Source: Octopus bimaculoides
Taxonomy: Eukaryota
Length of the DNA stretch: 46,253 nucleotides
NCBI RefSeq assembly: GCF_001194135.2
Contig: NC_068989.1
Location: forward strand, 24,738,120 to 24,784,372
Reading direction: 5' to 3'
The stretch's first letter is position 1. Each line of letters opens with the position of its first letter. Below are positions 24,884-38,072 of the stretch, in pieces. The translations under genes were made by a program, and so were the position numbers. The notes under the pieces are model-generated. The model did no database searches and was not told where the DNA came from. It worked only from the letters and a program-made list of their open reading frames with translations.

Positions 24884-26088
24884 TGGATGTACGTTATCCT
24901 AGTGATAATTTCTAAACTGTTTGGTGGAAGTGACGAGCTAGAGTAGTGCAGTCATTACCCTTGGCAGAATCTGCTATGTTCTACGAAAAACCGACAGCGG
25001 CGTATAGCTTACAAGAAGTGTTCAGAGGTCGTGAGAGTGGTTCGGATGACATACACTATGAGCATTATACTAACATACATTATGTGTTCGTTACTGCCTC
25101 GACGAATGTCTACGTGCATTGTTTGTTATGTACATCGGCAAGTGATGGTGCAATTGATGACAGGCGCAGAAACGAATAAGGATATAATCAGCAATTTTCA
25201 TTATCAAAACTGTGCATTTAGCACAGTTATAGACATGTTAAATTTCCTAATGCAGTGTTAAATATGTTGAACAAAAAATGCAACAAGATTTTTTTGCGTT
25301 TGCTTTAGGGAATACCACCTGTTGCTCACAGGTCCGGATAACCTTCATCTCAATTGATAAATCTCATAAAAAGTTTGTAAATCGAACTTTGATACATTTA
25401 GATCAACCTAAAGCTTTCGATAGTTGGCTGTCGACACTCGGCAGTTGTTTTAAGTACATGAAGTAGCGGTTAATTACAGTTTTTTAAACATCTATTCATA
25501 TGTACGCAAGTGGTATTCATGACCCGCAGACTATTTACTAAATTCTGAGAGATGAGGAGGTTGATTATAAAATATTTGTTAAAGATTCATTGAGAAATAT
25601 AGTTTTCGGTGGTTTCTTTACCTTTCCGGAGTAAATTTCTTTCAAATATTCAGCTTTGAAACTAATGCTGACTTACATAAACAACGTTTAATAAATTGAT
25701 ACGGTCCCTTGGGAAGTAAGCCACCTTCAGATTAATCTTCATGTTGTTGTTTAGCTTCAAGTTAGGCCTAACCAAGGAGACCTTTGATCAAAGATGCTAC
25801 AGTCATGTGACCTGAGGAAAATTCGACTGCTTGTTCTAACTTGTAATGGTTCGCTATTTGGTTATTTTTCGTGGGATGTAAAAGAAAGAATGAGTATCGA
25901 AATATGTTCGAGGGAACGGGAGATACTCCTCTTTTATTATTATATTCTGTTCTTTAACAATCTTACCACCTGCCAGATGACCGCCTAAAGGCATTAATAG
26001 AAATCCTGTGAATAGATGGCAGTTTATCCATGCATGCATGCATCCATCCATGCATCCATTTACAACTCAAACACGCACACACACAGAG

Positions 26089-26191
<103 letters not shown>

Positions 26192-27270
26192 CCTATATGC
26201 TTATATATATATATGTATGTATGTGTGTGTTCGGGTGTATTGTGTAAGAATATTTATGTTGAAAACAACCATTCAATTGCGTATATGACTTCCTTTTTAC
26301 ATGTCTTAGATATTCTGTCTTTGTTAATATATATCTGTTGCAAGTGAATTTAAGTTCAAGATAATATATTTATTTTTTTCTCCATTATCTATTCGAGCTT
26401 TTCGACTGTAGCCATGCTGAAGTACTGATATCTCATTAATTGTATTTACAAGAATACGACATTTATAACATGCTTTGGAAATACTTCCCCTGTTAGTGGC
26501 GTAAGCATTGCTATGACAGTCTAAGACGTCACTTCACACGTTGAGTGTTCTACTTCGGAAACACAAGAAGCCAGGCTGTCTCCAGTCAATATCTCAATGC
26601 AGCAAACAGACATTTCTAGATTAATAGATTAATATATTGAGAATAATATGTATTGGTTATGTCAGTGTTAAAGTATATGATCTACATATGTCCAAAATAT
26701 CAGAGAAGTTCGTTTCTGTAACACATAACAGATGGCTCTAACGATAAAAATATAAAACAGCCCCGATCTGTTGATGGATTATAAATACAAGTTTAATAGA
26801 TCAGTTTTATAGAATTGTAGTTGTGATATAGAAAGCAGATGTACAGATAATCAAAAGAGAATATATTCAAACTTTTGTTGATTGAAAATAGATCACGAGA
26901 AGCTTTTTTTTGTATTATTACGGTTTTGTTGCACATTTTTCTAGAAGAAGAGTAAGTTACATTTCTTTTTTTTTAAATGTGATTTGAGATATTCAGGATG
27001 CCAACAAGGAAATGAAACTCGCACATCAGAGTTATTAGAATAGCACTAATTGTAAGAGTGGTAGTTATCTATATAAGAAACGGAGCATCTGAAGAGATGA
27101 GGGTGGGTGCACAGAATGATTCAGGTCTAAGATATGAATTAATTTTACCACAAGAATTGTAAGATAGATATTTACTTCTTCATTATTGATATTACATAAA
27201 TTATTTATGTAGAGAATTATAAATCTTATCATTAAAAAACAAAACTGTCCGTCACTATTTGATCAACATA

Positions 27271-27485
27271 AGGTGGCGAGCTGGCAGAATCGTTAATATG
27301 CCGGTCGAAATGTTTAGCGGCATTCCGTCCGTCCTTATGTTCTCAGTTCAAATGCTGCCGAGGTTAAACATTGCCTTTCATCCTTTTCAAGTCAATAAAA
27401 TTAGCACTAGCTGAGCACTGGGGTCGATGTATTCGACTTACTCTTTCTCTTGAACTTACTGGCCTTGTGCCAAAACTTGAAGCCA
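27271..27485 (+). mobile_element. Family-A SINE (source of the duplicate at 28673-28879)
   Basis: aaggtggcgagctggcagaatcgtt head, B-box cagttcaaatgc, central block and tail. Confidence 0.85.
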
Positions 27486-27973
27486 ATATTTGACTAGTTG
27501 ACCGATGGATACACTGTCTAAGGATCGATAACATTTCATATAAAGAGGCTATTGGACTTTCTTTCTGAGAACCATAGTTCCAGGGTATAATTAGGTCCAG
27601 TCGAAATATAACTGTTAGATATTCTTGAACAATCCACATAACTATAATTTTAATTCTGTACACAACAGTGTCAGCGCATTACTGAAGTTATGTATTTCTT
27701 CAATAATTGATGATAATTGCTCTTTTAATTGGCCTCTAATTAATCTTTACTTTCCTATCATTGTAAGGTTAAATGCCGTAGATAAGACATCAAATTTCAG
27801 AGATAATCATATAGATAATGTAACAGTTCTTGCCTAAACTTAATTACCAGTTAGTTTAAAAGCTTGATGATGTATGTGTGTATGTACGAATGTTTAAATG
27901 TAAGTATGTGTATAGTGCGGATGCATATATATGTGATATATATTTATATATGTATATAAATATGTATCGATGC

Positions 27974-28092
<119 letters not shown>

Positions 28093-28542
28093 TGTATGCA
28101 TACGCACACACTCATATATGTATAAACAATTTAACATTGAATTGAAGGCTAACTCAATGCATTTCGGTAGAGTTCATATTCATTAACTTTTACAAGAAAA
28201 TGGTTGACACTCGCATACATACCTTCGTACATACGTACATATGTTTATATTTATGTATGCATTTATGTACATATATATTGTGTAGAAATAAAAGTGCTAA
28301 GATTTGTCTGCCTGAATGAGGAGAAGCTTCTAATATTTCATTCAGAAGTGCGTCTTCGCAGAAGAGAGTAAAGGTTCGTCCTTTCAGAATAGAAAATATG
28401 GAGAAAAGGAGAAAGGCACGCAGTAAGAGAAAGAGACGGAGAATATAGCGTACTGAATTATCAGAGCATGGAAGAGAAAAACTGGTAGAAGGGTAAGTGG
28501 AAGAATATCTGTTAGTACGAAGAGTGAGAAAGAGAGAAGACA

Positions 28543-28674
28543 TTCTTCTTCTTCTTCTTCTTCTTCTTCTTCTTCTTCTTCTTCTTCTTCTTCTTCTTCT
28601 TCTTCTTCTTCTTCTTCTTCTTCTTCTTCTTCTTCTTCTTCTTCTTCTTCTTCTTCTTCTTCTTCTTCTTCTTC
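28543..28674. repeat. Pure (TTC)n/(GAA)n tract, about 44 units
   Basis: Direct reading; it is the source of the spurious poly-E and poly-L ORFs. Confidence 0.95.
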
Positions 28675-29049
28675 ATTAAAAAACAAAACCGTCCGTCACT
28701 ATTTGATCAACATAAGGCGGCGAGCTGGCAGAATCGTTAATAAGCCGGTCGAAATGTTTAGCGGCATTCCGTCCGTTCTTATGTTCTCAGTTCAAATCCT
28801 TCCGAGGTTAAACATTACCTTTCATCCTTTTCAAGTTAATAAAACTAGCACTAGCTGATCACTGGGGTCGATGTATTCGTACGTATGTACGAATGTATGT
28901 ATGCGAAATACATTTACAAGGAAAAGATTCAATGTCAACCACTTTCTTGTAAAAGTTAATGAATATGAGCTCTACCGAAATGCATTGAGTTAACCTTCAA
29001 TTCAATTTTAAATTGTTTATACCTATATGAGTGTGTGCGTATGCATACA
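28673..29049. repeat. Composite local duplication: direct copy of 27229-27435 fused to an inverted copy of 28093-28238
   Basis: The 207-bp direct copy includes non-SINE flank (tcattaaaaaacaaaa...). 28879-29049 is the reverse complement of 28093-28238 with a small insertion. Confidence 0.9.
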
Positions 29050-29395
29050 TTCAGGGAAAGACAAAAGTGCTGCGTATCAACAACAAGCAGGAAGAGTTAA
29101 TCACAATCAATGGGGCACATGTGGAGGATGTTAGTGAGTTTGTCTATCTTGGCAGCAAGATCAGCAAATCAGGTAGATCAGACGAGGACATCACTGCAAG
29201 AAGCAAGAAGGCTTGGCAAGCCTTCGCTATTCTTTGGCCGGTATGAAAGTCCACTGCCATCTCAACTCGAACTAAACTCCGCTTATTTAGTTCAAACGTA
29301 AAATCTGTGCTTTTGTATGGCTCAACATGGAGAGCCACCTGCAGCAACTACAAGAAGATCCAGACCTTCATCAACAAATGTCTTCGGCAGATCCG
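29050..29395 (+). mobile_element. RTE-clade LINE fragment (C-terminal part of RT)
   Basis: GKTKVLRIN...VEDVSEFVYLGSKIS...DEDITAR...*KSTAISTRTKLRLFSSNVKSVLLYGS...IQTFINKCLRQI; these are typical RTE motifs. Confidence 0.85.
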
Positions 29396-30125
29396 CTGTA
29401 GTTTTCATCGCTGAGTGCGAGGGCGCATTATCTTACATGAATATTATGATTGTCATGAAAGTAATCCTTTACTTTTTAACCAAGGTTCAAGGTGCTCCCT
29501 CAGAAAGGCTGTGTATGCATCCGCAGCCATTTAAACATAATCAGGAACTTTCCAAGGACCAACCATAATGCTTCCAATAATGCCTATCCAAATCATGATG
29601 TCTCCTCCGCTTTCTTGGTATCTCAAGCATTGATGACGATCTTGTCCATTTACAACCCATCCCTTGCACCAACCATCAGGTCCATCAAGAATAGAACAAG
29701 TTTCGTCAGTAAACAAAACTTTTGAAAAGTCGACCTTCTTGTTATCTTCTGCCCAGTTCAGACGATTTTGTATGTGTATTTTGTTTAAAGGAAGCCTTTT
29801 AACTGATGTCACTGGTTTACCGATCTTTTTCAGAAGATGACATCAGGTAGTTCTGGACACAGTTTTTTTCGCCAAAGCACTTGAAAAGTTCTCCACTTGT
29901 AAGACATGTTTTCTTTACAGCTGTACGCTTAATTCGTGACAGAGAACATTGAGAAACAGCCCTCGACTGACCCTTGTCGGCTCTCTTCGAAGGAGCTGTA
30001 ACAAATGTTTTCAGAGTTTAGTGATGTCTCCCAATTATTTTAGATAGTTCTGTTTATCTTATTTCTGAAAGTTCAGAAGTAATAACATATTTATTTGAAG
30101 CGGTTAAGTCACATTTACGACCCAT
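29396..30125 (-). mobile_element. Tc1-family transposase pseudogene, TRT/DD37E-like, 3'-truncated
   Basis: Starts MGRKCDLT...KRADKG at 30125; VLFTDETCSILDGPDGW...GGDIMIWIGII...DNAPSHSA; several stops; the third catalytic residue is missing. Confidence 0.8.
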
Positions 30126-30199
30126 AATTACACGATTATCAGACCACTCGTTAATAATTTGGAACACTGAAAGTTCGTGGAAATTATGCAAACGGCTGC

Positions 30200-30620
30200 G
30201 GTTTGTTTGGAATTTTTCATGCTAAAAATCAGGGCTTGATTAAGAACGACCGGTTTGATAGTGGCATAACAGCTCTCTATATCTAGTTGCAAGAATTTAC
30301 TATTCTTATTAATTTCTAGAAGCTTGAACCATCCAACCACCTCTTGGGTATCAGACCAGAGGGATAATCTAATTTTAGACTGAAGGACGGTTATTACCCT
30401 ATCAATGATTTTTTTTTTACGAATAATGCCTATATCGGATTTAGAAGGACAAATCAATCTAACTGAGGGATCAATAAGAAAGTTAGGTTTATGGTCCTTA
30501 AGCATAATCCGGGGGATTCGAGGGACGTAGGATTCGGTTCTATCATCTGTGGCTAGATCTCTGACGATTTGTAGCCCTGTATTGTTAATTCTTTTAAATA
30601 AGGAGATGTAAACCGCATTG
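30200..30620 (-). mobile_element. Penelope-like element RT fragment
   Basis: DDRTE...IMLKDHKPNF...VRLICPSKSDIG...LWSDTQEVVGWF...FLQLDIESCYATI matches the PLE RT start (LKDHK, RLI.P.K, W..T..V..WF, FD.). Confidence 0.8.
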
Positions 30621-30734
30621 ATAAACACCAACTACGACCAATTTGTATTAGTAGAAATACTTATGATACAGCTAGCACGGTAACAACGCCGGTAAATGGA
30701 GTCGGGACTGCCTTATATACAAATAAAAACTATA

Positions 30735-31540
30735 AATGCTCATGCAGAGAAAAATCAAAATGTCCTTCGATGAATTTCTGCATGAGTACAAATCTTGTAT
30801 ATAAATATACCGTGCTGATTAATTCATTTAAGAATCGTTATCGTAACCATGTTGCCAGCTTTAAGACAGTCAATAAGAGATGTTCAACATCTTTGGCAGA
30901 TTTTGTATGGCGAATGAAGGAGGATAAAACGAAGTACAGCATTAATTGGTCCATAGTAAGGTATGCGAAACCATACAATATAATTTCCATGAGATGCCGT
31001 CTCTCTTCCAAGGAATCCCTGTCTATTCTGTGGACTAACGAGAAGATACTTAATAGAATTTCTGAACGACTCTCGAGATGCCTACACGCATATAAATGTA
31101 CTTTCGCACAATGCAGTGAGAATGAATTTTGAGTAACGGTTAACTTAACTTAATTAGCTTTAAGGTATGGATGACTAAATTTACTTTTAACCTCTCCATT
31201 CTTATAAACATCAAGTAAATAACTAACTCGCTTTGTGATCATGAGTGCACCAAACCTCACGTGTGCGTATGTTCACATTTTTGCAGATGCTTGTATGAGC
31301 GAGTGTACTCGCGCCATGCAGCTTGCTAAGGGCGTTTATACACCCATATCTGTTAACGGTTATTTTAAATAATTTTCTCGCTGTATTGTGTGTTCGTTTC
31401 TCTTTTTGCCATCTGTTTTATTTTTATTTTTGATCTTCTATATAAATGAAAATATTTTCTCTATCTGGCTGCTTTTCTCTCTAAAAAAACGGAAAGTTAC
31501 ATTGCGGAACAGTAATTTTAACGAGTTGTATTTATTTATN
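30735..31540 (+). mobile_element. Penelope-like element Cys linker, GIY-YIG endonuclease C-terminus and 3' trailer
   Basis: CSCREKSKCP..FC..TNLVYK linker, then FKNRYRNH..SF...TSLADFVW.MK....YSINWSIV..AKPY.....CRL..KE...LN..SE..S.C.H. The YIG motif is deleted. Stop at 31130-32. Confidence 0.8.
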
Positions 31541-31755
31541 NNNNNNNNNNNNNNNNNNNNNNNNNNNNNNNNNNNNNNNNNNNNNNNNNNNNNNNNNNNN
31601 NNNNNNNNNNNNNNNNNNNNNNNNNNNNNNNNNNNNNNNNNNNNNNNNNNNNNNNNNNNNNNNNNNNNNNNNNNNNNNNNNNNNNNNNNNNNNNNNNNNN
31701 NNNNNNNNNNNNNNNNNNNNNNNNNNNNNNNNNNTATATATATATATATAGATAA

Positions 31756-31789
<34 letters not shown>

Positions 31790-32426
31790 GGATGGATAGG
31801 TAGGCAGGTGGAAAGATAGATGGGGAGAGAGAGAAAGAGCGAGAGCGGGAGAGAGAAAGAGCGAGAGAGGGAGAGAGAAAGAGCGAGAGAGGGAGAGAGA
31901 AAGAGCGAGTGATCGAGAAAGGGAGAGAGAGGTAGAAAGAGAAAGAGAGAAAGAGAGAGGGAGAGGAAGGGAGGATTAGTTCTGCCAGAAATAACAATAA
32001 AACTATAAGACTATGTATGTGTGGAACTTTTAGTAGAAAGAAGAGTCAATCAAACATATATACTAGACATATAAATATATAGTCCACATCCTGTATTGAG
32101 TTTTCTAGTTTTAGTGCCCTCCCTGAGTGTATATATATGCATGATTATGTATATACATAATCATACATATATAGAGTTATCTATGTATTTATATCGATCT
32201 GTCTTAAAATCACATACACACATATATTCGTGATACATTCGTATAGAAATAGGTACGCACAAATATACCTACACGCACGTAACATTTACTAACACGCACA
32301 TATGGTGTCCTATGAAGGGGAAAACTTTTTCTTTGTTTTATTTTTTTTTCCTCCATTCTGTCATCATTAATTTTATTCACCTACGTAATGAGGGATAAAA
32401 CATGTACTTTGGGAAGGACAGAAAAA

Positions 32427-32516
32427 GCATCATCATCATCATCATTATCATCATCATCATCATCATCATGCTCATCATTATCATCATCATGCTCATCATT
32501 ATCATCATCATCATCA
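32427..32516. repeat. Interrupted (CAT)n microsatellite
   Basis: Direct reading; it is the source of the poly-S and poly-I ORFs. Confidence 0.9.
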
Positions 32517-32840
32517 GTAAGAATTACAACAACAGCTGCAAGAATAACAATAATAGCTACGACAATGTCGACAAAAAAAAATATTTAAAAAAGACCTCAA
32601 CAGAAAATGGCTATTACATAAAATTGCTACTGATCTTTATCAATGCTTGTGCGTTGATATTTTATATTTCTGTTGATTCTCCATTGCTAATGTTGGATGG
32701 ATAAGCATTAACAGGAAGGCTGAAGGAAACAAAGAAGAAATAATGAAAAAAAAAAGAAAGAAAGAAAATAGTAGAGAGACCAAAGCGTGGACAGTAGTAA
32801 GTAGATAGAAAAAAAATAGAAATTATTTATTAAAGGAAGA

Positions 32841-32906
<66 letters not shown>

Positions 32907-32936
32907 CGCGCGCGCGTGTTTGTGTGTGTGTGTATG

Positions 32937-32968
<32 letters not shown>

Positions 32969-35632
32969 CGTGCATAGAGACACAGAGACACATATATCAG
33001 TTACTGTGTATATGTGTATATACATATACATGCACACATACATACATACACACATATACACATTCACACATACGTAAACACACACGCATACTTATACACA
33101 TGTGTACACATATATGCATATATATTTACGTATATATGTGTATGTATACATATATATATATATATANNNNNNNNNNNNNNNNNNNNNNNNNNNNNNNNNN
33201 NNNNNNNNNNNNNNNNNNNNNNNNNNNNNNNNNNNNNNNNNNNNNNNNNNNNNNNNNNNNNNNNNNNNNNNNNNNNNNNNNNNNNNNNNNNNNNNNNNNN
33301 NNNNNNNNNNNNNNNNNNNNNNNNNNNNNNNNNNNNNNNNNNNNNNNNNNNNNNNNNNNNNNNNNNNNNNNNNNNNNNNNNNNNNNNNNNNNNNNNNNNN
33401 NNNNNNNNNNNNNNNNNNNNNNNNNNNNNNNNNNNNNNNNNNNNNNNNNNNNNNNNNNNNNNNNNNNNNNNNNNNNNNNNNNNNNNNNNNNNNNNNNNNN
33501 NNNNTATATATATATATATATATATGCATATATATAGTTGCATATATGTGCATATATATTTATACGTACGTATGTATTATGTATGCGTATGAAATGCATA
33601 ATATAAAGTCAAATTGTTTCCGAGAAAGGATAAAAAATGTGTTGTCTGTTTCGGTATAACTCTTTTAAAGATATTTTTCCAATACTGCTGGTTATTATTT
33701 TTTTTTTACCACGTACAGGCTATCTCATTTATTTCATATTTAGACACATATTCAGATAAGCATACAGACTCACACATATGCGTATGTATATATTCATATA
33801 GGCTCACGCATATGCATACATACGAACATACGTGTGTTTACAGCTTGCGAAGAAGAAATAAACTCTACCCTATATTTTCATATTAAAGCATATACGTATA
33901 TGAAAATAAATACATGTAAATTCGGAGTTGCTGGTTAGTTTGTCACTTAGGTAATTGAAACGTTGCAAAACATCACGTCATTTAAGTGAGTTGGGCATTG
34001 AGCGATGTCATTTTCTCAGAAAGGTCTTCGTTTTAGTCACAGAAAAAAACCCCACTACATTGCGTTTTATTGCAGGAGACAAAAAAAATTAGAAAGTTAC
34101 TGATATAAAGATAATTTATTCATAATGTATAAACACACGCGCACACACATAAATATGTATATANNNNNNNNNNNNNNNNNNNNNNNNNNNNNNNNNNNNN
34201 NNNNNNNNNNNNNNNNNNNNNNNNNNNNNNNNNNNNNNNNNNNNNNNNNNNNNNNNNNNNNNNNNNNNNNNNNNNNNNNNNNNNNNNNNNNNNNNNNNNN
34301 NNNNNNNNNNNNNNNNNNNNNNNNNNNNNNNNNNNNNNNNNNNNNNNNNNNNNNNNNNNNNNNNNNNNNNNNNNNNNNNNNNNNNNNNNNNNNNNNNNNN
34401 NNNNNNNNNNNNNNNNNNNNNNNNNNNNNNNNNNNNNNNNNNNNNNNNNNNNNNNNNNNNNNNNNNNNNNNNNNNNNNNNNNNNNNNNNNNNNNNNNNNN
34501 NNNNNNNNNNNNNNNNNNNNNNNNNNNNNNNNNNNNNNNNNNNNNNNNNNNNNNNNNNNNNNNNNNNNNNNNNNNNNNNNNNNNNNNNNNNNNNNNNNNN
34601 NNNNNNNNNNNNNNNNNNNNNNNNNNNNNNNNNNNNNNNNNNNNNNNNNNNNNNNNNNNNNNNNNNNNNNNNNNNNNNNNNNNNNNNNNNNNNNNNNNNN
34701 NNNNNNNNNNNNNNNNNNNNNNNNNNNNNNNNNNNNNNNNNNNNNNNNNNNNNNNNNNNNNNNNNNNNNNNNNNNNNNNNNNNNNNNNNNNNNNNNNNNN
34801 NNNNNNNNNNNNNNNNNNNNNNNNNNNNNNNNNNNNNNNNNNNNNNNNNNNNNNNNNNNNNNNNNNNNNNNNNNNNNNNNNNNNNNNNNNNNNNNNNNNN
34901 NNNNNNNNNNNNNNNNNNNNNNNNNNNNNNNNNNNNNNNNNNNNNNNNNNNNNNNNNNNNNNNNNNNNNNNNNNNNNNNNNNNNNNNNNNNNNNNNNNNN
35001 NNNNNNNNNNNNNNNNNNNNNNNNNNNNNNNNNNNNNNNNNNNNNNNNNNNNNNNNNNNNNNNNNNNNNNNNNNNNNNNNNNNNNNNNNNNNNNNNNNNN
35101 NNNNNNNNNNNNNNNNNNNNNNNNNNNNNNNNNNNNNNNNNNNNNNNNNNNNNNNNNNATATATATATATATATATATATATATATACTAAATGTGACTT
35201 GGGTGTTAAGAAACATCTACATTGCTAGAAATACTAGCTAAAATCCTCTAACGCTGTTAGTTAACGCACATCCCTGTTAGTGCATATGTTTTCATTCATA
35301 TGCGTTAACTACACCATTGCTAATCAGTAAGAACAACGTATTTATGAAAAAGAACGAATAGTCTGTTGTATTTTCAATTTTTCTAACTTGTTACTTTTTA
35401 CTTATTTTTTTAAAAGTGTTTTTAGATTAATTATATATAATATAATACTATAAATTGAATTTAATTCTTATATTCCTAATATGCATCTTTATAATAAAGT
35501 TATTACAGTTAGGTATAGAGAGAAGGTTATCGATATTATATAAATTAATGTATTCTATTACTTAAAATTTAAAAATTTTTTAGAAATATTTTAAAAAATA
35601 ACCACGTCGTTCTTACTGATTAGCTATTATCC

Positions 35633-36046
35633 ACTACTGCTATTAATAACCTTCACAAAATTCAAATAATACAATCAGCTCTGAATTCCATCAATATGCG
35701 TTATGTCTATGAAGTATGTAGAATCATTCAAAAAAATAAGTATTCTATAAATAACCACTCCTAGCCTAACCAGGAAGAGTTGTTGACCTCAGCAATCACT
35801 GGAGGAGCTGATGCTATTGAATTTCGTCCAAACAAACGGCTGAGAAAAGATCTAATTGAGGAATGTTCAGAGTTTACTACTGCTACCATATCTAATTCAA
35901 ATTGATTGAGGAAAATTCCTCTTCCAACGATGTCAAATTATATTTGCCCTGAAGAGATCGCACTAATAATGCATGAATCGCTTCATTTGAATAGGCAACA
36001 ATATGCAATTGGGTTGATCGAAATCCGTGTCAGACTTTCATTCTAA
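35633..36046 (+). pseudogene. Decayed 138-codon frame with two stops, possibly transposase-derived
   Basis: The frame runs through very AT-rich DNA with only TAG 35762 and TGA 35903 interrupting it. CPEEIALIMHESLHLNRQQY loosely recalls the Transib/RAG1-type PEEAL...L...QY helix. Confidence 0.3.
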
Positions 36047-36299
36047 CTGGAAAAAAACAAAAAGTTTGAATGTTCAAATTCTTCATTCTTCTCATTTTAA
36101 TTTTGCCATTTACACTCTAAGTAGTCAAGAAAAAAAAACAACAAAAAAACTAGAACATCGGATGAGAGCTGAAGGTAAATTATCAAAAAAAAAGCAAACA
36201 AAAAAAACAAACAAACAAGCTCGTCCGATTACTGTACAATCGGAGCATTTGAATCCTGAATTTGTTAAATGATATATATATATATCTTTACACGCATTC

Positions 36300-36550
36300 A
36301 TACATATACACACACATATATAAACACACACACATAGATATATATATATGTATGTGTTGTATGTGTGTACGTGTATATGTGTGTATGTGTTTGTGCCTGT
36401 GTTTGTCCTTCTCCCACCGCTTGACAATCGGTGTTGGTATGTTTACGACCCGTAACTTAGCGGTTAGAGACCAATTCAATAAGTACCGTTCTTAAAATAC
36501 GTACTGGGGCTCACTCATTCGACAAATCTTCTTTAAGGCTGCAGTCAGAA
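36300..36550 (+). mobile_element. Family-B SINE 3' half
   Basis: gtgtttgtcc...ccaccgcttgacaatcggtgttgg...cccgtaacttagcggtt...aataagtacc. Confidence 0.75.
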
Positions 36551-36887
36551 TCAAATAAAAGATTGAAGATAATATATATGTATATAGTATAAAATTAATG
36601 TCGGTAGCTGGGCGCAATTTCACTAAATCAACCATGAATACATATGGCAAATATATATACTGACAGAGAGAATTAGCTGTTCCATATAAGCAACGGAGGC
36701 ACACTATTGAGAATTCCCATTGGGATGAAACTGTGCAGTCCAGTGTTCTAGCCTTACTTTGCTCATGGGTCAATTATCTATCCTGTCAGTATATATAAAT
36801 GTCCTTTTACGCAACCATAAGTGGTTTAACTCTTATTTCTAGCAATGTATATGCTTGTGGCAGCACATACAGTCACAATTAATGACT

Positions 36888-36921
<34 letters not shown>

Positions 36922-36946
36922 GTATATATATATATGTATATATACA

Positions 36947-36995
<49 letters not shown>

Positions 36996-38072
36996 NNNNN
37001 NNNNNNNNNNNNNNNNNNNNNNNNNNNNNNNNNNNNNNNNNNNNNNNNNNNNNNNNNNNNNNNNNNNNNNNNNNNNNNNNNNNNNNNNNNNNNNNNNNNN
37101 NNNNNNNNNNNNNNNNNNNNNNNNNNNNNNNNNNNNNNNNNNNNNNNNNNNNNNNNNNNNNNNNNNNNNNNNNNNNNNNNNNNNNNNNNNNNNNNNNNNN
37201 NNNNNNNNNNNNNNNNNNNNNNNNNNNNNNNNNNNNNNNNNNNNNNNNNNNNNNNNNNNNNNNNNNNNNNNNNNNNNNNNNNNNNNNNNNNNNNNNNNNN
37301 NNNNNNNNNNNNNNNNNNNNNNNNNNNNNNNNNNNNNNNNNNNNNNNNNNNNNNNNNNNNNNNNNNNNNNNNNNNNNNNNNNNNNNNNNNNNNNNNNNNN
37401 NNNNNNNNNNNNNNNNNNNNNNNNNNNNNNNNNNNNNNNNNNNNNNTATATATATATATATATATTAATGATATATGTTGTAAACTTGTGAGAGAACATG
37501 AAATAATTTGTTTTGTTACATTGGTTCTCGAGACATATCTCATAAATCTATAAATAATTACTTTTAAAAATCAAGTTGAAAAACACTCAGGAATGCGAAG
37601 CAGGTATAAATTACTCCAAATGAGGTTAGATTTTTGGGGTAATACATGCAGTACGAGACAATTTTCTCAGTGTCTGAAACATGTTTTATTCAAGAAACGA
37701 AAACAAATGCCATTGTTTTATGCGGTGAAGCTGTGTTTTTTTCATTGTCTAGTAGTTTTTTTTTATCTTTATTTTACATAATTGTGACGTTAGTTTAGAT
37801 AGTTTAGACTATTACTATACTGTGACTTTTTATTTTATTTTCTCATTACTTCATTGCTATGGAGGTAGAAGTCTGTTTTCTATAAAACTTTATGCCTAAT
37901 GAATTGGAAAAATTACTGTTTAGTAATTCTTTCTACTCAAAACTTGAATCTACAGTATTTACACTTCGTACATAAAACAGTAGACTGTAGCCAGCCGTTA
38001 CTCACGAGCGAGAATGGCATAGTATCATGTAACATGCGATGGCTAATTGTCTTTGACTTTTATATAGTTACG

